Positions 11,184 through 20,493 of a stretch of DNA of 64,000 nucleotides are shown in pieces. Location of the stretch: positions 158,884-222,883 of the forward strand of contig CAVYBY010000008.1 of the NCBI GenBank assembly GCA_963766935.1, read 5' to 3'. The number at the start of each line of letters is the position of its first letter. Position 1 is the first letter of the stretch. The notes beneath the pieces are model-generated. The model saw only the letters and a program-made list of their open reading frames with translations, searched no databases and was not told the DNA's origin. This DNA comes from an uncultured Actinomycetes bacterium (GTDB lineage: Bacteria > Actinomycetota > UBA4738 > HRBIN12). The position numbers and the translations under genes were made by a program.

Positions 11184-12127
11184 ACCGTCACCATCCTGTC
11201 GTCCGCCGAGACGCGGGCGGGCTCGAAGAGACCGCGGACGGCTCGGATCGCATCGCCCAGATCGTCGATCGGCAGGTCGAAGCACTGCGCGCGCCCGACG
11301 ACATCGAACAACGTCCGTGCGCCGAGCCTGCCCATCACCGGCTGGTTGAATGACTGCTCCGCGATGCGGATGAGCGCGGCCGCCCGCGACATCGGCCGCA
11401 GCTCCGTGTCCGAACCCGGGCGGTAGGCGGGAAACACGACGAATGCGATCGGGCCGGGGGCTCCGATCGCCCCCGCACGGAGATCCTCGGCCGCGACGTG
11501 ATACCTGAGGCCGCGGAACCCTTCGTAGAAGAACGGCAGATCCGACGCGAGCCCGTCCAAGACCGGCATGGAGGTGGGCTCGATCAGCAGCGGGCGCAGG
11601 TAGGGATGGACCAGCGCCGTCTCCGGCTCGATCAGGGCCACCTCGTCGCCGAGGAACTGAAATCCCGCGCGAGTCAGGCCGGCCACGAGTGTCGTCTTTC
11701 CCGAATCCGGCGGCGCCGGCATCAAGACGGCTCGCCCGGCGAGCGACGCGACGGCGGCGTGGACGGCCAGGTACCGGTCGGTCCCCTCCACCGCGCGTCG
11801 CGTGCTGTCGAGGATGACCCAGTCCAGCATCGATCCCGGGTTGGGCACTCGCTGGATGCTGTCGCCGTCCTGGAAGAGCTCGTAGCAGTAGATCCTGCGC
11901 TCCTCCTCGAGTCCCGGGCTCAGCCGATGCGTGAGCGTGTACGTGGACACGGGCTCGCCGGCCGCCGGCTGCACAAAGGGAGCCAGCAGCCGCTCCACGA
12001 CGCGGCCGGCACCATCCAGGTCGCTTCGGACGCGGAACGCGTAGTCGAGAGCCCGGAACCGGCGGTCGAAGGACCAGTGCCGGCCATCGAGTTCGCGCAC
12101 CTCAACTCGACCCATCAAGCGCTCCAT
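11180..12127 (-). CDS. HprK-related kinase (type found in lasso-peptide and HPr-rel-A clusters)
   Basis: LAVHAAVASLAGRAVLMPAPPDSGKTTL (His + Walker A) and FLGDEVALI; start may be 12115. Confidence 0.85.
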   Translation of the reverse strand: MERLMGRVEVRELDGRHWSFDRRFRALDYAFRVRSDLDGAGRVVERLLAPFVQPAAGEPVSTYTLTHRLSPGLEEERRIYCYELFQDGDSIQRVPNPGSMLDWVILDSTRRAVEGTDRYLAVHAAVASLAGRAVLMPAPPDSGKTTLVAGLTRAGFQFLGDEVALIEPETALVHPYLRPLLIEPTSMPVLDGLASDLPFFYEGFRGLRYHVAAEDLRAGAIGAPGPIAFVVFPAYRPGSDTELRPMSRAAALIRIAEQSFNQPVMGRLGARTLFDVVGRAQCFDLPIDDLGDAIRAVRGLFEPARVSADDRMVTV

Positions 12128-12143
12128 TCACTACCGAGAAGCC

Positions 12144-12178
12144 CGACACCCGAGGGCCACCGAGGCCCTCGGGTGTCG
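12144..12178 (-). terminator. Perfect 15-bp stem-loop directly downstream of the precursor-like gene (terminator, attenuator or mRNA-stabilising hairpin)
   Basis: CGACACCCGAGGGCC (12144-12158), loop ACCGA, GGCCCTCGGGTGTCG (12164-12178); only a weak U-tract follows on the minus strand. Confidence 0.7.
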
Positions 12179-12202
12179 AGGTGGCACCGCAGCCCGCAGG
12201 GG

Positions 12203-12631
12203 CTACGTGCAGAAGGCGCCGTGCTTGTCCGCCCCTGGGTGGACCGAGACACGGGTGCCACAGACGGTTCCCTTGCAGAACTGGTAGTTCTCGTACGCGT
12301 GGCTGGGCGCACCGCCGTTCGACGCATATGCCCCCTGGTGCTTGCACCAGTCCCTGCAGTCGGCAGCGCTCGCCTGGCCGGGGTCGAGGAAGAAATCCTG
12401 TGCTCCGGTTTCGTGGCCGACGCCCGGGTTGGTCTTGTCGCCGTCCCAGCAGTAACAGGCGCTGCACGATCCCGAGCCGACCGACTGCGCCAGGGCTTTC
12501 GGCCCAAGGCTCTGGATTGCCGGGGCGACCCACAGAAGGGTGCCGCCGACGATGGCGCCTCGCCGGATCAGATCGCGGCGACTCATTCCCAACTCGCTGT
12601 TGAGATCCACGCGCCGTTCGGGCTTGTCCAT
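12203..12631 (-). CDS. Tat-signal, cysteine-rich small secreted protein (142 aa); candidate RiPP-like precursor/substrate
   Basis: RBS GAGGGGG; MSRRDLIRRGAIVGGTLLWVAPAIQSLGPKALA twin-arginine signal with A-L-A cleavage site; mature part has 8 Cys and ends ...GAFCT. Confidence 0.8.
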   Translation of the reverse strand: MDKPERRVDLNSELGMSRRDLIRRGAIVGGTLLWVAPAIQSLGPKALAQSVGSGSCSACYCWDGDKTNPGVGHETGAQDFFLDPGQASAADCRDWCKHQGAYASNGGAPSHAYENYQFCKGTVCGTRVSVHPGADKHGAFCT

Positions 12632-12759
12632 TGTTCCCCCTCGCGCTCGACGCTCTGATCGGCGCTTCCTGATACACGCTAGGCCCCGCCCTGCGCAGAG
12701 CCATGAGTCGTCCGCCGTATCTTTCCTGCACATTGCCGGCGTAGCCGATCTGCCGCCTC

Positions 12760-13629
12760 TCAGCGGAGCGATGTGGCCCCAAGGAGGTCGACGGCGACCA
12801 TCGAGCAGGCCGCGCCGAACGACCACATCAGCAGCGTGGACTTGACCCGCGAGCCGAAGCGGCGAGAGAGCCGGTCGTAGGAATGGTCCCGGTCTCCGAT
12901 CGAGGCGGGCCGGTCCGAGGCCACCCTGCGGACCACCGTCGAGATCAGCTCGTAGGCGAACACGCCCAGACACACGGCGGCCGCGATCAACCCGTTCCAG
13001 CCGGCCTCGCCGGCGTTCGCGATCGAGACCGCCAGGAGAACCCCGAGGGCGTACGCGCCGCCGTCTCCGAGGAACACGCGGGCAGGTGGGCGGTTCCACA
13101 AGAGAAATCCGAGCAGCGCACCCGCGGCGGCCAGCGGCACGGGAGCCGCGATGCCGTCGGCCGCGAGCATGCCGGCGAGACCCAGAGCGGCGAGGACACC
13201 GAGACCCGACGCGAGCCCGTCCTGTCCGTCGGCCATGTTCACCGCGTTGCAACACGCGACCGTCGTGAAGACGAGGCCCACACCCCCGGCCGCGCCGAGT
13301 GGCCCGAGTTCGAGCCCGCCGGCGACGAGCAGCACCCCTGCCGCCGCCTGGACGACGACGCGGATCCAGGGCGCGAGCGGCCGCCGGTCGTCGACGAGGC
13401 CACCGATGAGCGCGACGAGGACCGCCGCGGCGATCCACGGGTCGCCGTTTCCCGTCAGGCCGATCGCGAGCAACGCCGACAGGACGACCGCCGGCCCGCC
13501 GCTCGTCGGGATCGGACGCGTGTGGATCTTCAGCTCCCCCGGCCGGTCGACGAGCCCGACGCGAACCCCGATCCGCGCGAACAACGGCGTCAGCCCCGCG
13601 GCCGCGACGCACGCGATCACGAAGGGCAC
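12760..13629 (-). CDS. Polyprenyl-phosphate HexNAc-1-phosphate transferase (WecA/TagO/MraY family)
   Basis: LVDRPGELKIHTRPIPTSGG, GLVDD, NAVNMADGQDGLA, WNRPPARVFLGDGG, GDRDHSY. Confidence 0.88.
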   Translation of the reverse strand: MPFVIACVAAAGLTPLFARIGVRVGLVDRPGELKIHTRPIPTSGGPAVVLSALLAIGLTGNGDPWIAAAVLVALIGGLVDDRRPLAPWIRVVVQAAAGVLLVAGGLELGPLGAAGGVGLVFTTVACCNAVNMADGQDGLASGLGVLAALGLAGMLAADGIAAPVPLAAAGALLGFLLWNRPPARVFLGDGGAYALGVLLAVSIANAGEAGWNGLIAAAVCLGVFAYELISTVVRRVASDRPASIGDRDHSYDRLSRRFGSRVKSTLLMWSFGAACSMVAVDLLGATSLR

Positions 13630-15383
13630 GTCATCACCAGCACGTCGCTCGCGACACCGGCGTGGACCGACGTCTGCCCGGCCGGGCGGAACCCGAGCCG
13701 CTCGTAGAACCGGTGCGCGCCGTCGTTGTCCGCGCCGACGACGACCTTCAGCTCGCGCACGTCGTGCTCGGCCAGTCCGCTCACGACCGCGCGGGCGAGC
13801 ATGCCGCCGACGCCCTGGGACCGGCACGAGGCGTCCACCGCGATCGAGAGCAACTCGGCCTCGGGCAATCCCGCCAGCTCGGCCGGATGACGCGCGGTTT
13901 CGACCACGCGCCGCAGCACCGACGGCTCGACGAGGCGGGGAACGGCCGCGAGCGCGGCCATCGCTCCCTGACGGCGGGCGAACGTGCCGTAGAACGCGCG
14001 GACCGACGACACGCCCACGGCGAATCCTGCGACCCCGCGCTCGTCCTCGGCAACGAGCGCCACGGAGCCGGCGTCGGCCGCCACCGTCCGATAGAGACGC
14101 CGGAGGAACCCGTCCCCGAGGGCAGGCAGAAACGCGGTCGGCATCGACTCGCGGTGAAGTCTCGCCATCGCCGGTGCGTCCTTGGTTCGAGCACGCCGGA
14201 CCTGCACCTCGCCGGGATCAAGACCGGACTCGCGACTCGGGGCACCGAGCAGCCTCCGCGTCGTCTCCACGACCGTGGAAACAACGCGGCGCTCGTCGAA
14301 CCGCTCCTCGGCGCGCTCGCGCGCCGCGACCCCCATCCTCGTGCGAAGCAACGGATCCCGAAGGATCCGGACGATCGCATCGGACAGACGCACGGGGTCC
14401 CGAACCGGGACGAGGAGGCCCTCGACGCCGTCACGAGCGACCTCGCGGCAACCGCGGATATCCGTGAGCACAAGCGGCAGGCCGCTTGCCGCCGCCTCGA
14501 TCGCCGAGCGCGGCAGCCCCTCGCGCCAGGACGGCAGGACGAAGACATCCATCGCCGCCATCAGGTCGGCCACGTCCTCACGCCAGCCCGCGAACACCGT
14601 GTGGTCACGTGCGCGCTCGATCACATCCGGACCGATCGAGTCCCGCTTGCGGTCGTCGGGTTCGCCCACCACCAGGAAGCGGGCGTTCGGCACCCGCGCG
14701 CACACTAGGTCCGCGGCTTCGAAGAGCTCGGCGTAGCCCTTCTCCATCACCATCCGCCCGACGGTCCCGACGACCAGCTCGTCCTCACCGATCCCCAGCT
14801 CGATCCGGAGCGTGCGGGCTCGCTCGCCGCCCGCGAGGTCCGGCGTGAATGCCGAGAGGTCGATCCCGTTGCCGAGGTGCAGCGAACGGCCGGGGCGCGT
14901 CAGGTGCAGCCGGCGCGCCCAGGCGAGGTCTTCCGCGGACTGGTATAGCTCGAGGTCGCTGCACCGGCCGGCGATCCATTCGGCCGCCAGCACCGGAACG
15001 CGCTTTCGCAACCGATCCTCCGGCGTGGCATACAGGCCGTGCACCGTGTTCACGACTGACGGGACTCCGGCCATCCGCGCACAGACACGGCCGAGGACGC
15101 CGGGCTTGGGATTGTGGGTGTGCACCAGGTCGAATCGCTCCCGGCGGAAGATCCCCAGCAGCTCGGCGGCGGCGAGTGCGTCCTGGCGCGGATCGCATGC
15201 GCGCGTCGCGTGGCGCCACGGGATGTGCCGGATGCCCTCGGCCTCGAGATCCGCCACCCACGGCCCGGGCGCGCTGATCGACGTCACATCGAACCCGGCA
15301 TCGCGAAGCGCGCAGAGCTGCTGGAGGAGCAGAAACCTCAAGGTGAGGTCGACCGTCGCGACGTGCGCGATCCTGGATCTCAT
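13617..15383 (-). CDS. GT4 glycosyltransferase with a C-terminal GNAT acetyltransferase domain
   Basis: VHTHNPKPGVLGR, DVFVLPSWREGLPRSAIEAAASG; C-terminal LLSIAVDASCRSQGVGG...NDGAHRFYERLGF. Confidence 0.88.
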   Translation of the reverse strand: MRSRIAHVATVDLTLRFLLLQQLCALRDAGFDVTSISAPGPWVADLEAEGIRHIPWRHATRACDPRQDALAAAELLGIFRRERFDLVHTHNPKPGVLGRVCARMAGVPSVVNTVHGLYATPEDRLRKRVPVLAAEWIAGRCSDLELYQSAEDLAWARRLHLTRPGRSLHLGNGIDLSAFTPDLAGGERARTLRIELGIGEDELVVGTVGRMVMEKGYAELFEAADLVCARVPNARFLVVGEPDDRKRDSIGPDVIERARDHTVFAGWREDVADLMAAMDVFVLPSWREGLPRSAIEAAASGLPLVLTDIRGCREVARDGVEGLLVPVRDPVRLSDAIVRILRDPLLRTRMGVAARERAEERFDERRVVSTVVETTRRLLGAPSRESGLDPGEVQVRRARTKDAPAMARLHRESMPTAFLPALGDGFLRRLYRTVAADAGSVALVAEDERGVAGFAVGVSSVRAFYGTFARRQGAMAALAAVPRLVEPSVLRRVVETARHPAELAGLPEAELLSIAVDASCRSQGVGGMLARAVVSGLAEHDVRELKVVVGADNDGAHRFYERLGFRPAGQTSVHAGVASDVLVMTCPS

Positions 15384-16777
15384 CGGCTCGATCTCCGTGG
15401 GGTCCGCAACAGCTGCGCCTTGGGTGGGATCGAAAGCAGGACGAAGAACACGGGGAGGAGTTGCACGCGTTCACGGTCGAGCAGACCGAAGTTGGCGAAG
15501 GCCGAGAACGCGATCACACACAGCACGACGTACGCGGCGCAGAACGCAACGAACGGCTGCCGGCGGATGCTCAACAGGGCCGCCATCCCCCAGCGCCATC
15601 GGAACACCGCCAGCAAGAACAGGAACACGCCGCCGACCGAGGCCATGCGCTCGAGCGACCCGCTGGTTTCGGTGGGGAACGGCCGGAAGAACACGGTGAC
15701 CAGAGCCTCGGGAAACTGGCTCGGCCCGCTCACGATCGGCGGGTCGTAGACCGACCCTCCGTACGACGAACCTTCCGAGGTCTGCGAGAGGGCGCTCGTC
15801 AGCCCGTGTTCCGTCCCGATCCCTTCCGATTTCAGGAATCGCTCCGTCCGCATGACCAGCACCCCGGCAAGGACCGCAACCGACACCAGGCCGATCGCCT
15901 TTGCGACCGGCGCCAGCTCCCGCAGGTCGGCCTTCGGCTTTCGCAGCAGGTACGCGAACGCGAACGCGACGCCGATCATCCCGGCCACATGGGGACGGAC
16001 GGCGATCATGGACGCCAGCCCGATCCCCAGCGGGACGAATCCCCGCCGCGCACTCCCGGTCAGCGCGCGCGCGGCGCCGTACACCGCCAAACCCATGCCG
16101 AACACCATCCACGAGTCCTTCCCCATGAACGAGGACCAGAACGCGAAGGAGGGAAACAGGAACAGCAGGCGCGCATAGGTCTTCGGCCTGCCCTCCGGCA
16201 CCGCGATGCGAAACGCCCGGTAGAAGGCGAACCCCCCCCAGAACCCGAGCCACGCGTAGACGAAGAACCCGCCCAGGTTGGTCGGGCCGATGAACGTGTA
16301 CACGATTCCGTTGACGTAGCCGGGCCAGGCTGTCCCCCCGACCCCACCGGGAATGTGGAACGTGAAGCCGCCGGCGTGGAACGTCTCGAGGAGCTGCTTG
16401 CCGACCCGGTCGTAGCGGGCCACGTCTGCGACTCCGCCGTAGTAGTCGAACGCGACAATGCGCCCGATCCAGGCGACCGCGAGATGGAGAAGCAGCACGC
16501 CGAGCAGGAACCAATACAGATGGCGGTTCCCCTCGCGCGCCGCCTCGCGGGAAAGAACCGGGATCGACACGACGACCAGAACGGGAGCGACGAGAAGCCC
16601 GCCCCAGATGTCGAAGGAGCTGCGCCCCATGAGGGTGATCAGCAGCCAGACGTACAGGACGATGAGCAGCAGCCCCGCAACGAGGATGGCCGGCTGGGGC
16701 CACGGCTCGACAGGCCGGGCTGCGATCGCGGGCGCCGGACGTTCGAGTTCGACGCGAACACGAGTGGACTGGCTCAC
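15380..16777 (-). CDS. Polytopic membrane protein, Wzy-like polymerase or GT-C-fold glycosyltransferase
   Basis: About 11 hydrophobic segments; DVARY, FPSFAFWSSFMGKD, VRPH and NFGLLDRER motifs; located between GTs. Confidence 0.6.
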   Translation of the reverse strand: MSQSTRVRVELERPAPAIAARPVEPWPQPAILVAGLLLIVLYVWLLITLMGRSSFDIWGGLLVAPVLVVVSIPVLSREAAREGNRHLYWFLLGVLLLHLAVAWIGRIVAFDYYGGVADVARYDRVGKQLLETFHAGGFTFHIPGGVGGTAWPGYVNGIVYTFIGPTNLGGFFVYAWLGFWGGFAFYRAFRIAVPEGRPKTYARLLFLFPSFAFWSSFMGKDSWMVFGMGLAVYGAARALTGSARRGFVPLGIGLASMIAVRPHVAGMIGVAFAFAYLLRKPKADLRELAPVAKAIGLVSVAVLAGVLVMRTERFLKSEGIGTEHGLTSALSQTSEGSSYGGSVYDPPIVSGPSQFPEALVTVFFRPFPTETSGSLERMASVGGVFLFLLAVFRWRWGMAALLSIRRQPFVAFCAAYVVLCVIAFSAFANFGLLDRERVQLLPVFFVLLSIPPKAQLLRTPRRSSR

Positions 16778-17880
16778 GACAGAAGCTCCTCGTACACGGA
16801 TTCCTCTCGTTCGACGGCGACGCGCATGTCAAACCCGCGGGCATGGCTCCGTGCGGCGCCGGCCATCGCCAGCCGCAGCTCCGGGTCGTCGAGCAGTCGG
16901 CCGATCGCGTCGGACATCGCGTCCGGGTCGTTCACCGGCACGACGTACCCGTCGACGCCGTTGCTCACGACCTCGGGAAGCCCGCCCGCATCCGTGACCA
17001 CCGCGGGCTTCCCGAGGGCCAGCGCCTCGACGACCGCGACCGACAGCCCCTCGTGCAACGACGACAGGACGAACACGTCGAACGCGCTCACGATCCGCTG
17101 GGCGTCGTCACGGATGCCGGTGAAGATCACGCGGTCGCTGAGGCCGAGCGCCGCCGCCAGGTCGCGGGTCGGTGCCTCGAGCGGACCGGCCCCGACGAGC
17201 ACCAGCCAGACGTCCGATGCCGACGCGAGAACCTTGGCCATCGCGTGCAGCAGCACGTGGTGCGCTTTCTTCGGCGTGAAGCTTGCGACGCATCCAATGA
17301 CGCGTGCACCTTTTGGGATGCCCAGCTCCAGACGAACCCCGTCCGGGTCGACCCAGGAGGCGACGGCGCGGTGATCGATGCCGTGATGGAGCGTCTCGAT
17401 CGGCGGTAGCCGCCGTTGCCCGAACGGGCGCGGGTACCGCATGGATGCCTGAACGTGATTCGAGACGGCAAAGACGTGGTCGTTCCGCCGGAACGTCACC
17501 ATGTTCCCGACGTAGGTCGCCCGATGGTACGAGGGCCAGACGTTGTGCTCCGTGTAGACGATGGGAGGGCGTCGGTGAAGGGGAAGCGCCAGCCTCGTTC
17601 CGATCGCCAGGTACGGAGAGTGCACGTGCACCAGATCGATCTCCTCCGTTCGAACGAACTTGCGGACGGCGTGGACCCACCCGGTGCCAGGCATGTTGGT
17701 CAGCTGAAAGGCGGGCACGCCGTGTCCGCGCAACGCGCCGAGCATCGCGGCATTGCTGGGGACGAGGTACCCGATCTGATACTCGAACCGCGAGCGGTCC
17801 AGATACGGGACCGAGTTGAGCAGGAGCTGTTCGGTGCCGCCGCGATTGAGGCCCTTCACGAGGATCAGGACGCGTTTCAC
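16774..17880 (-). CDS. GT4 glycosyltransferase
   Basis: GGTEQ, VHVHSP, YTEHN, DVFVLSSLHEGLSVAVVEALALG. Confidence 0.9.
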   Translation of the reverse strand: MKRVLILVKGLNRGGTEQLLLNSVPYLDRSRFEYQIGYLVPSNAAMLGALRGHGVPAFQLTNMPGTGWVHAVRKFVRTEEIDLVHVHSPYLAIGTRLALPLHRRPPIVYTEHNVWPSYHRATYVGNMVTFRRNDHVFAVSNHVQASMRYPRPFGQRRLPPIETLHHGIDHRAVASWVDPDGVRLELGIPKGARVIGCVASFTPKKAHHVLLHAMAKVLASASDVWLVLVGAGPLEAPTRDLAAALGLSDRVIFTGIRDDAQRIVSAFDVFVLSSLHEGLSVAVVEALALGKPAVVTDAGGLPEVVSNGVDGYVVPVNDPDAMSDAIGRLLDDPELRLAMAGAARSHARGFDMRVAVEREESVYEELLS

Positions 17881-17915
17881 GAAGACTCCTAGTGGATCGC
17901 GGGTGACCGGTTCGG

Positions 17916-19538
17916 TCAGTAGGGGAAGAAGGCCGGGATGACGGTCGACGTGCCGTTCGGGTTCACCTGGAACGCCGTCCAGTCCGCCCGCTGCACGCGG
18001 TACGCGCTGCCCGGCACCATGTTTCTGACGGTGAAGTCGGCCGGCTCGAGGGTCCCGGTGCCGTCGTTGGTGCAGTTCACGAAGTCGTAGCGGGACGGTT
18101 GCCCGTTCGATTCTTCGACCGAGACGCGCGAGATGAGGGACCCGTAGAACGTTGCGACCCCGGTCGTGGAGACGACGTGGTTCGCGACGGCAAGTCCGTC
18201 GTAGACGCGAGCACCCCGGTACGCCAGTTGGTCATGGGGTTCGGTGGCCGAGACCGAATGCATGACGACGCCCACGTTGTTGGAGAACGTCAGCAGTCCG
18301 TCGACGTGGAGGAGGTTCCAGTACGAACCGTGCTCGAATCCGATCCGGTTGTAGAACGAGGTGAAGTCGGTCACCGTATGCTGCGATGTGTCGTTGTGCC
18401 AGAAGTAGATGCCCGACCACTTGTTGTTGTGGGCAACGCAGTTCGTCATCGACCACACGAGGTTCGAGCTCGAGTTCGTCTGCTTGGGCCAGATGAATCC
18501 GCTTGCCGCGTCGTTTCCCCGGTTCCCCGCGACCACGCAGTCGTTCGTAACGAGCCCGGAGCCCAGGCCGAGATTGAAGCCGGCCAGCCGGTAGCCCCGA
18601 TTGATCGGGATCGGAACGAGCTTGGCCGCCATGCAGTGCCGGTACTGGATGTCGTTCGAGCGGTCGGGGTTGTCCCACCAGTAGGCGTCCTCGTTCACGC
18701 CGAAGGCGATGCAGTCGGAGAACGTGACGCCGTCCGACAGATGGGGAACGAACGCGTGCGAGCCGCAGTCGCGGATCACCACCCCGGTGACCTTCGACCC
18801 CACCGAGCCCTTGCCGCACATGTGGAAATGCAGGCCGTAGCGGCCGGGCACGAAGATGCCGTCGCCGGAACCCCGGCGTGGCCCGACGTAGCGGATCTCC
18901 GCCCACCTGATCGACTGGGGTGCCGACGAGTGGATGAAGATGTGCGTGCGGCCGCCCGGCGTCCCCTCGATGCGAACGGTGCGCGTCAGGTTGAGCGCTT
19001 CCTGGGTGAACACGCGCCCATCGGGAGCCGAGACCTCTTCGAGCGGCCCCGACAAGGGCGCGAACGTGGCGACGTCGCCGGCAGCGAACGGCGTGGTCAA
19101 TATCTCGTGGTTCCGCCTCCACGTTGGATCCGAGCCCGTTCGGTTCCATCCGGCCCGCCGGTCTCCACGGATGTTCAGCCGGCCCGCGCCCACGACCCAC
19201 AACCCGACGTCGCTACCGAGGACGACCATGCCACCGCCGACGAAGTCGTCTTCGTCGATCCCTTCGAACCGGAGCGTGTGGGTGACGCCGGGCCCGGGTC
19301 TCATCTCGAGCGTCCCCCGGACGACCAGGTTGCCGCGCATCACCAGGGTGGTGCTGAGGTTCGGGTTGAACCGGAGGGTTCGCCCCGCTCGCACCGTGTG
19401 CGTATCGAGTCGGACGGTTCCTCGGATCTGCCAGACGTCAGCGCGGCCGCCGAGGCCGACCGCGGAGGAGATCGACCGCACCAGGCCGGCCCCAGCGGCC
19501 GCGAACGCACCCAATCGCAGGAACTCACGCCGCTTCAT
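17916..19538 (-). CDS. Tat-exported right-handed beta-helix protein (G8/CEMIP/fibrocystin-like), possible glycan-modifying enzyme
   Basis: MKRREFLRLG signal; EALNLTRTVRIEG, GRYGLHFHMCG, HAFVPHLSDG; parallel beta-helix-type repeats. Confidence 0.7.
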   Translation of the reverse strand: MKRREFLRLGAFAAAGAGLVRSISSAVGLGGRADVWQIRGTVRLDTHTVRAGRTLRFNPNLSTTLVMRGNLVVRGTLEMRPGPGVTHTLRFEGIDEDDFVGGGMVVLGSDVGLWVVGAGRLNIRGDRRAGWNRTGSDPTWRRNHEILTTPFAAGDVATFAPLSGPLEEVSAPDGRVFTQEALNLTRTVRIEGTPGGRTHIFIHSSAPQSIRWAEIRYVGPRRGSGDGIFVPGRYGLHFHMCGKGSVGSKVTGVVIRDCGSHAFVPHLSDGVTFSDCIAFGVNEDAYWWDNPDRSNDIQYRHCMAAKLVPIPINRGYRLAGFNLGLGSGLVTNDCVVAGNRGNDAASGFIWPKQTNSSSNLVWSMTNCVAHNNKWSGIYFWHNDTSQHTVTDFTSFYNRIGFEHGSYWNLLHVDGLLTFSNNVGVVMHSVSATEPHDQLAYRGARVYDGLAVANHVVSTTGVATFYGSLISRVSVEESNGQPSRYDFVNCTNDGTGTLEPADFTVRNMVPGSAYRVQRADWTAFQVNPNGTSTVIPAFFPY

Positions 19539-19547
19539 CGGAGCTCC

Positions 19548-20492
19548 TCATTCGTGTCTGTATCCGAGGCGAGAGAAGAGGGGCTCCGCCTGTTGCGCGA
19601 TTCGTTCCTTCTCGTCCCGCGACAACGAGGTCTCCCAAGCCGCGTCGAGTCTCACCTCTCCGTTGAAGGTCGAGGCCATGGCGTTTCCAATCACATGAGC
19701 GTTCCCGGGTGGACGACACACGTCGTGGTTCTCAACACCCATGAACTCGAAGATGCGATGCATGGTGGCTGCCGGTTCTCGTGCAAGGTCTTCGTAGCGC
19801 ACTCTCAAGTCCCGGCCGGCCGCCAGACCGCGTGAGGCGCGAAGGATTCGTCGATGACCCTTCGTCCAACTGGCCGCGATGGCGGATGGCGTCATCGGTG
19901 AGAGCCCTTTGTCGAAGCGATGCCGGTTCATGGAGCGGGCGAATGCACGAGGGTCCCGAATGAGATGAATCAGCCGGACGTCGAGGTCCCTCGAACTCCT
20001 GAACGCGAGGAACTTCGTCACACTCTTCTCTCCGTCCACCAACAGGGTGGCCCCGGTTGCGAGAAGCGCGGCGTTCCTGAAGGCGGTCCAGGCGCGGACG
20101 TATTCGGCATGTCGCCGGCGGGACAACCGCCAGGCATCCGCGGAGGACAGGATCGCCGTGGTGGATATCAACGCGCTGAGCCAAACGTTGACGGAGGGGC
20201 TGGCCGTCAGATCTGGAACCGTCGGAAGCAACTTTCCTATGGTCGCCCTTCGCGCGGGTACCGCCGACAAGACGCATGTCCAGAATGCGCACTCGGGAAG
20301 CCGGCGGCCGCAGGAACACCAGATCTCCGGTCGCCGCGGATTGGTATCGCCGGGATCGACGATGTTCGGATGATTGCTGAGCAAGAGCGCGAGCAGAGTG
20401 GCGCCGTGATAGGAGGGAGCGAGCACAAAGTAGTGCGGGCTCTGTTGCGTCGGGTGATCCACTGGAGTCGAAGTTTGGGTCGTGGTCTTCAC
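19548..20492 (-). CDS. Sulfotransferase family protein
   Basis: 5'-PSB-like APSYHGATLL, LIHLIRDPRAFARS, VRYEDLAREP. Confidence 0.85.
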   Translation of the reverse strand: MKTTTQTSTPVDHPTQQSPHYFVLAPSYHGATLLALLLSNHPNIVDPGDTNPRRPEIWCSCGRRLPECAFWTCVLSAVPARRATIGKLLPTVPDLTASPSVNVWLSALISTTAILSSADAWRLSRRRHAEYVRAWTAFRNAALLATGATLLVDGEKSVTKFLAFRSSRDLDVRLIHLIRDPRAFARSMNRHRFDKGLSPMTPSAIAASWTKGHRRILRASRGLAAGRDLRVRYEDLAREPAATMHRIFEFMGVENHDVCRPPGNAHVIGNAMASTFNGEVRLDAAWETSLSRDEKERIAQQAEPLFSRLGYRHE

Positions 20493-20493
20493 C

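Noticed and set aside
12203-12631. Methylamine dehydrogenase light chain (MauA/TTQ protein)
   Set aside because: Tat signal and Cys richness are similar, but the Cys/Trp spacing does not match MauA as I recall it, and mauB/E/G are absent.
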